A DNA stretch of 64,000 nt from a virus: IMG/VR virus record IMGVR_UViG_3300043411_001575, positions 64,001 to 128,000 of that record. One strand, written 5' to 3'. The notes under the pieces were generated by a model, which was not told the origin of the DNA, searched no databases, and worked only from the letters and a program-made list of their open reading frames with translations. Made by a program: the position numbers and the translations under genes. Below, in pieces: positions 58,294-64,000 of the stretch. Position 1 is the stretch's first letter. Each line of letters starts with the position of its first letter.

Positions 58294-58481
58294 AAACAAA
58301 ATGAAAACAACAGCAACAGGTTATCGAATTTCTAAAAATGGTAGCATTATACCATCAATAGAAAAAGAAGCAATTAAGAAAACTTCATACGAAGGTAATT
58401 GCATTAAAGAAGAAGGTATTTATTACTTCTTTGACAGAAAACAAGGAAATATTTTCATTTATTTACCCTAACAAAAAAATC

Positions 58482-58832
58482 ATGGAACTAAGTAAAGAAC
58501 AAATCATTGATGATTATAAAAGAAGATTAGAAAATATTTCTGAATTAATCAAAAGTCAAACACATAATGGAAGTGTTTACGACATACAAAAAAGAGAAAG
58601 ACTTGTCACTAAGCAATCTGAATATAGAACTTTTATATCAGATTTATCAAAATTAGCTCCTGCTAAAAATAATACTCAATCTAAAATTGACGAGTATACT
58701 GAAATGTTGAATAACATGAAGGAAAATCAATCTAAAGAAATTGACCATCTAAATGATGAGCAAATTCATTCTTACGAAGAATGTATCAGATTAACAGCAG
58801 GTTTCATTAAAACACTAAAAGAATTACTTTAA
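58482..58832 (+). CDS. Hypothetical protein
   Basis: ATG 58482 preferred over the upstream TTG. Confidence 0.6.
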   Translation: MELSKEQIIDDYKRRLENISELIKSQTHNGSVYDIQKRERLVTKQSEYRTFISDLSKLAPAKNNTQSKIDEYTEMLNNMKENQSKEIDHLNDEQIHSYEECIRLTAGFIKTLKELL

Positions 58833-58893
58833 AAAAATAATCGTTCTTTATAAAAAATCAACCCAATTTAAAAACAAAAAAACAAAAACAGTT

Positions 58894-59589
58894 ATGCAAA
58901 CACAAGCAAACGAAGTTACTTCAAAAAAACAAAACACAGGTAACACAGAAAAAAAAGTAAACAATGGAGAAGGAGTTAAATTAGCATTTGAAAATGCTAT
59001 GAATAAACTACCTGAAAAATTAGATGGTCTTTGGGAAAAAGAAGGCGGAAAAAAATTCCTCAGCCATTTAATGTTCTCCTTCTTGCCAATCAACAGAAAA
59101 GAAGTATTTCAAATCGGAAATTTTGATTTACACAAAAAGTACAATGATGTACCTAAGATTTGTGCGCTTACAGGATTCGCTGTTGCTGATGTTACTTTTT
59201 CAATGGATGAAGTTACAAAAAATCATTTCCAAGAAAAAGGATTGAAAGTTAATAAATTGGTTTTCAACATCCCTTGTGTTGGTAGTACTGAATCAACAAA
59301 AATGGTTTCTACTTTTGCACTAAACATATTTAATGATTGGGTTCTTAAGGCTCTTGGAGAAGGAGAAACTAAAAAGTCCAATGAGATTAATAAAATCATA
59401 ACTGCTGCACGAAGAAAAGCAGACGGAACATTCAAGGTTAAAACAGAAGAAGCTCCTAAGAAGAAAAAAGTAGTATCTGAAAACACTAAGAATTTAGTAG
59501 TAGATAATCAAATTGTTGGTGAGCAAAAACCTCAAACCTATACTATGGGTGACAAATTTGATTTCAGTAAACTAAAATTTAACGATTAA
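58894..59589 (+). CDS. Hypothetical protein
   Basis: 231 aa ORF. Confidence 0.7.
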   Translation: MQTQANEVTSKKQNTGNTEKKVNNGEGVKLAFENAMNKLPEKLDGLWEKEGGKKFLSHLMFSFLPINRKEVFQIGNFDLHKKYNDVPKICALTGFAVADVTFSMDEVTKNHFQEKGLKVNKLVFNIPCVGSTESTKMVSTFALNIFNDWVLKALGEGETKKSNEINKIITAARRKADGTFKVKTEEAPKKKKVVSENTKNLVVDNQIVGEQKPQTYTMGDKFDFSKLKFND

Positions 59590-59600
59590 AAAAAACAATA

Positions 59601-59630
59601 ATCCCCATTTACAAAAGTAGATGGGGATTT
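59601..59630 (+). terminator. Putative intrinsic terminator
   Basis: ATCCCCAT/ATGGGGAT stem after the stop codon. Confidence 0.55.
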
Positions 59631-59668
59631 AATTAAAAAAAGTTGGTAAATAATTTAATATAAATACC

Positions 59669-60325
59669 ATGAAAGAATTTACATTGTTTTGGTTGAATGG
59701 AAAATCCGAATTGATTTCCGCAACTACAATTGAAGAAGCTGTAACATCAATTACTAAAAAAGGAAGAGTTGTTTATTATCATGAAGGTAATTGCCTAGAT
59801 GATTATGAGTTTGATAGAAATGATAAATTTTGGTCTCCAAAAGCTAATGTAGAATTTAATTTAGAATTTTTTCCATTAGAAATGCAGGAAGGAGCAACCG
59901 ATAAAAAAGGAAATACAATCCGCTCATTCTTCATTGATGATACAGGAAAGAATAAGCTTATTGTTAAGCAAAACAATAAACTAATAACACTTACTCTTAA
60001 ATTAGGAGAAACTAAACCACGCCATATAGGTACTGCTACAAAAAGTACAAGAACTATTGCTATGGTAAGAACAAGGGATAAACATTTGTTTCGTAAAGGG
60101 AATGCTTATGGATTCGGATACTACGTACTAAAAAATCAATCTCTTATTGATTGGGTTAGATTATCCGACGACTTAGGTAATCATTGGAAAATACCTGTTA
60201 GATACATAGTTGAAAAAGGTAAGTTTCTATACTTTAAAAATCAAGGTTTCGAGTTGCAACGTTTTGTTTCACTTGAAGCACTTGAACAATTCAGAATTAC
60301 AGAACGAGAAAATAGAAGATTTTAA
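59669..60325 (+). CDS. Hypothetical protein
   Basis: 218 aa ORF. Confidence 0.7.
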   Translation: MKEFTLFWLNGKSELISATTIEEAVTSITKKGRVVYYHEGNCLDDYEFDRNDKFWSPKANVEFNLEFFPLEMQEGATDKKGNTIRSFFIDDTGKNKLIVKQNNKLITLTLKLGETKPRHIGTATKSTRTIAMVRTRDKHLFRKGNAYGFGYYVLKNQSLIDWVRLSDDLGNHWKIPVRYIVEKGKFLYFKNQGFELQRFVSLEALEQFRITERENRRF

Positions 60326-60337
60326 AATCATAATAAA

Positions 60338-60544
60338 ATGGAAAAGACAAACTACGAAGTACTTTGGAGAAACGGAATTGAAAATGATATTTTCGAAACT
60401 GATGAACCTGTAGATAACGAAACTGTTTTCAAAACGTTTGCTCAAGCTAAGAAAAAATTACTCGCTCTACTAAAAAATGAAATCACTGAAGTGAAATTCA
60501 GGATTGAAGAGGTAAAGAAAAAAACTAAGGAAAATAACTTTTAA
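60338..60544 (+). CDS. Hypothetical protein
   Basis: Operon-packed ORF. Confidence 0.6.
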   Translation: MEKTNYEVLWRNGIENDIFETDEPVDNETVFKTFAQAKKKLLALLKNEITEVKFRIEEVKKKTKENNF

Positions 60545-60556
60545 AAAACGGAAATA

Positions 60557-60784
60557 ATGGAAGTAGAATTCACAAAAGAAGAAAACAAAATCATGGCTCT
60601 CATGTGTAAAGAGCTTTCTGATAGAGAAATTGGAATTAAGTTAAAATTAAAAACAAAGCTAGTAAACAAAAGAACTGCTGCTTTGATTATTAAGACTAAT
60701 TCAAAAACACGAGTAGGAGTAGCGTTATATTACTTCAAATCAAAACTTAAAAAAGAAAATCCAAAACCAATTATTAATTTATGA
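60557..60784 (+). CDS. LuxR/GerE-type HTH protein
   Basis: FTKEENKIMALMCKELSDREIGIKL..KTNSKTRVGVA. Confidence 0.7.
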   Translation: MEVEFTKEENKIMALMCKELSDREIGIKLKLKTKLVNKRTAALIIKTNSKTRVGVALYYFKSKLKKENPKPIINL

Positions 60785-61572
60785 TAATCAAAAATAAAAA
60801 TCAGGCAGGATTAAACTTCACTGAGTTTCAAAAACAAAGGTTAATAAAAGAAAGATTTGGTTCTATTGATTCTTTAAATATTGATGAGAATTTAAAAAGA
60901 ACCTCTAAGGATAGACTAATGAAAACAATAGAAGCAGATGGAAGTAAATTCTACCTGCTAACTAAAACTGTTTTAGATTTAGCCTCAAGAGTTAAGATTG
61001 ATTTGAATAATTTTGATTATAAATTTTTGGACACAATCACTGAGAACAAAATAACTTTCCTTTTGGGAGATAGATTCTATCGTTGGACAAAAACGGAAGG
61101 TAAAATAAATGTTCTTTGTGTTGAGCAACAAGAAATACCTGATTACATGAAGGGTGCATATCCAATAGGTACGACTCATGATATTTCTTACGTGTTTTTT
61201 TCTTTTGATACACATTATGGAGCATTATCTTTTCCTAATAATGCAGTAAAACCATTCAGTGAAGAAACAGCACTTGAATTCCTTCAGCTTTTAGTTTTCA
61301 CTGAACTTTCTCCGATTGAAACAAAGTCTATTTTTCCTAATCAAAGTACAGGAACTAGAAGAGCAGGAAAATACACAAATGATAGCAACTCAAAAGTTAT
61401 TATTGTTGATTCCACTTGGAATTTAAACATTGTGATAACAGGAGCATTTATTGTAAGTGGTTTTTTCCGCATGCAGCCATTTGGTGAAAATAATTCAAAA
61501 AGAAAATTAATTTGGATTTCTTCATTTAAAAAGAATGGATACACAAGAGGAGCAAAGAAAATTAATCATTAA
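60781..61572 (+). CDS. Hypothetical phage protein
   Basis: 263 aa ORF. Confidence 0.7.
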   Translation: MIIKNKNQAGLNFTEFQKQRLIKERFGSIDSLNIDENLKRTSKDRLMKTIEADGSKFYLLTKTVLDLASRVKIDLNNFDYKFLDTITENKITFLLGDRFYRWTKTEGKINVLCVEQQEIPDYMKGAYPIGTTHDISYVFFSFDTHYGALSFPNNAVKPFSEETALEFLQLLVFTELSPIETKSIFPNQSTGTRRAGKYTNDSNSKVIIVDSTWNLNIVITGAFIVSGFFRMQPFGENNSKRKLIWISSFKKNGYTRGAKKINH

Positions 61573-61614
61573 AAAAAATGTTCATGGATGTTTTTTTTTA
61601 TTAAAAAAAAATTG

Positions 61615-62972
61615 TATATTTGCAATGCGCAATTAATTTTAGTCCATGAAAACCACAAAAAAATAAATATTTAAAATAAACCTTCAAGCAAGTAGGAATC
61701 TTCTCTATCATGGAGTTTTGATTGCGCAAACCTACTTGTAAGAAGGCTCTTTTGCAATGTTAACCTATAAAAGAAAACTAAAAATAACTAAGGCTCAGGA
61801 GGAAAGAATTTCTTCATGGATTGGTGCGTGTCGTTTGGTTTACAATATGGGCTTAGAAATTAAAAAAGAAACGTGGAAAAATAAACAGCAAAATGTTTCT
61901 GCTTATGATTTATCGAAACAACTTCCCTCAATAAAAGACGTAGAATGGGTAGCTGATGTTCCTGCTCAATGCCTTCAGAATTCATTGGAACGACTTGATA
62001 GGTCATATAAAAACTTCTTCCGTAATTTTAAATCAGGAGGCGGATTTCCAAAATTTAAATCAAAAAGAGATTATAAGTCTATGTTGTTTAAACAAGGTGA
62101 TTTAAATGCAAAGACACCTTTAATAACTCTTAGTAAAAACAAAATAAAACTTCCTAAGCTTGGTGAGGTATCATTTTTCAAAGATAAATCACCGATTATA
62201 GGTAAAATAAAAACAGTAACAATAAAGATAGAACCAACAGGATTTTTCTTGTACATTGTCTGTGACGGAGTTAGTAAAAGCATCTCAAACCCTGACGAAA
62301 GCCAAGTCATAGGGATTGACATGGGAGTAGCTAACTTCTGTTCAGACAGCAACGGAAACTTCATCGAAAACCCAAGACACTTCAATAAATATGAAGATAG
62401 GCTTCGTATTGAAAATAGGAGTTTAGCTAGAAAAAAAAGAGGAAGTAACCGTTGGAAAAAACAAGCGAAAAAGCTATCACTTTTGCATCACAAAATATCT
62501 AATATTAGGAAGGATTTTTTGCATAAAGAATCCACCAAAATGGCTAAAAATTTCCATACTATTTATTTGGAAGATTTGAATATTTCGAATATGTCGAAAC
62601 GTCCAAAACCAAAGCAGGATGAGAATGGTAAGTTTATTCTAAATGGTTCTTCTGCAAAATCAGGATTAAACAAATCAATCCTAGATGCAGGTTGGGGAAT
62701 GTTTAGGGATATGCTCGAATACAAAACAAATGTAGTTCGAGTAGACCCAAAATACACCTCTCAAAAGTGCAACGAATGTGGCGAAAAAGATTCAAAGAAT
62801 AGGTTATCACAAAGCGAATTTGTTTGTTTAAGCTGCGGTCACATCAGTCATGCTGATACAAATGCAGCGAAAAATATTTTGAGCAAGGGCATTGCTCTCA
62901 ATCGTGAACGTAAGGCACTAGTCTAAGCGTTGGTTGAATAACCTCGTTTCCTTTAGGTTCGAGGTAGTTCAC
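61615..62972 (+). mobile_element. IS200/IS605-family non-autonomous element (tnpB only); left end approximate
   Basis: tnpB ORF, structured leader 61626-61746, right-end hairpin ending GGTAGTTCAC at 62972; no tnpA. Confidence 0.65.
61757..62926 (+). CDS. tnpB: RNA-guided endonuclease TnpB
   Basis: N-terminal HTH (CRLVYN), GFPKFK, RuvC GIDMG / LEDL / ADTNAA, Zn finger CNECG..CLSCG. Confidence 0.92.
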   Translation: MLTYKRKLKITKAQEERISSWIGACRLVYNMGLEIKKETWKNKQQNVSAYDLSKQLPSIKDVEWVADVPAQCLQNSLERLDRSYKNFFRNFKSGGGFPKFKSKRDYKSMLFKQGDLNAKTPLITLSKNKIKLPKLGEVSFFKDKSPIIGKIKTVTIKIEPTGFFLYIVCDGVSKSISNPDESQVIGIDMGVANFCSDSNGNFIENPRHFNKYEDRLRIENRSLARKKRGSNRWKKQAKKLSLLHHKISNIRKDFLHKESTKMAKNFHTIYLEDLNISNMSKRPKPKQDENGKFILNGSSAKSGLNKSILDAGWGMFRDMLEYKTNVVRVDPKYTSQKCNECGEKDSKNRLSQSEFVCLSCGHISHADTNAAKNILSKGIALNRERKALV

Positions 62973-63185
62973 AGCCTGTATCCAAGTTGAAATAGGCTCT
63001 GATTTAGTTGTAATGACCAAAGAAGAGCTTGAAAAAAACAGGATGGATTTTCATCTTTCTATGGAAGGAACAGGTGATTGGAATTCTTGGCAATAGCCAA
63101 GCCAATCGCATGAAAAGTTTTAAACAAAATTCTATAATAATAAAATTAGTTGTATTTTTACAACTCATGGTCAAATACTAAAAAA

Positions 63186-63911
63186 ATGGAAAAAGAAAAC
63201 GTAATTATCCCTCAGTTGGATATGCAAAAGCTTCAGGACGAGGCTAACAAATTCGCAATGCAAGGTGCTGTTAAAAGCATAGAAGAGTTCTATAGCGGAT
63301 ATAATTCACCCTACAGAAAAGCATTGGAAGAAAAATTAATCAAAACAGAAATCGGAGCTAATTTTGATTTGCCAAATATTATCGCTGCAATAAATGATTC
63401 TCTTTCAAAAGAAATTGATGCAATTGCAAACACAGCCATCTCGAAAACTTTTATTCCATTAGTACATAAGTTTCTAACTCGTGAGAAAAAAGAAATTAAT
63501 TTTTCTGATGTTCTTAAGGAGTTTATTGAAGCTACTGACTCTAAAGATATGGATGATTGTTCAGTTGAAATCGTAAAAAATGATAGACACGATTGGCTAG
63601 ATTTAACTCTATATGGATGTAAAGAAAAACAGTACCGATTAACATTACACTCTGACTATCGTAGCCGACAAGAGCAAGTTAAAAAATATCAATTTCTTTC
63701 CCTTCCAAATAACTACAATGACTACAAACAAACTATGAAGTTATCAATAGAAGGTGGAACTTTAGAACTTCCTTTCACAAGAGATATTTTGCACGATGAT
63801 TTTGTTTCTTATATAGCTAGATTAATCATGGCAGGCTCATTGATTACTATGGATTGCACTGATTTTAATGAGGATATGTTCCCTAGAGAAGATGAGTGTC
63901 ATTGTAATTAA
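63186..63911 (+). CDS. Hypothetical protein
   Basis: ATG 63186 follows a GGTCAAA leader. Confidence 0.7.
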   Translation: MEKENVIIPQLDMQKLQDEANKFAMQGAVKSIEEFYSGYNSPYRKALEEKLIKTEIGANFDLPNIIAAINDSLSKEIDAIANTAISKTFIPLVHKFLTREKKEINFSDVLKEFIEATDSKDMDDCSVEIVKNDRHDWLDLTLYGCKEKQYRLTLHSDYRSRQEQVKKYQFLSLPNNYNDYKQTMKLSIEGGTLELPFTRDILHDDFVSYIARLIMAGSLITMDCTDFNEDMFPREDECHCN

Positions 63912-64000
63912 AGAAAACAAACATGTATTCACAAAAAACAGTTAAAACATTAAAGCCTGAATGGTACTTGAAACTTTCACAAAAAGAAAAAATGGAAAGC

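Noticed and set aside
2967-62757. Short minus-strand ORFs and + strand ORFs spanning hairpins (e.g. 14845, 16085, 18674, 23929, 25781, 30082, 33661, 48878)
   Set aside because: Shadows of real genes or read-through of palindromic sites, with no motifs or leaders

Overview
AT-rich window densely packed with small, almost all + strand genes. It has Bacteroidota-type TAnnTTTG promoters and lacks Shine-Dalgarno signals. The gene content (DnaQ-like exonuclease, ParB-like, MazG-like, many hypotheticals, a tmRNA) fits a large phage or prophage-like replicon of a Bacteroidota host; no virion genes are in the window, so this is inference. The dominant feature is a ~38 kb integron-like cassette array (13358-51656) of 53 units counted by eye. 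Each unit is bounded by its own GTTR.../...YAAC inverted repeat, and units are separated by attC-like hairpins. The array ends 46 bp upstream of a tyrosine recombinase that resembles integron integrases but lacks the IntI-specific insertion. Cargo comprises 21 orphan DNA methyltransferases of several classes, acr-aca-like small-ORF + regulator operons, and other small genes. Unusual traits: cargo points toward the integrase; hairpins donate start codons; some hairpins carry the gene in their loop next to an empty cassette; the same scaffolds are reused with different cargo. Also present are a circularly permuted (two-piece) tmRNA gene, a candidate antisense sRNA, an HTH/sigma-4/alpha-CTD fusion, a minimal PolB-like ORF beside the integrase, and an IS200/IS605 TnpB.
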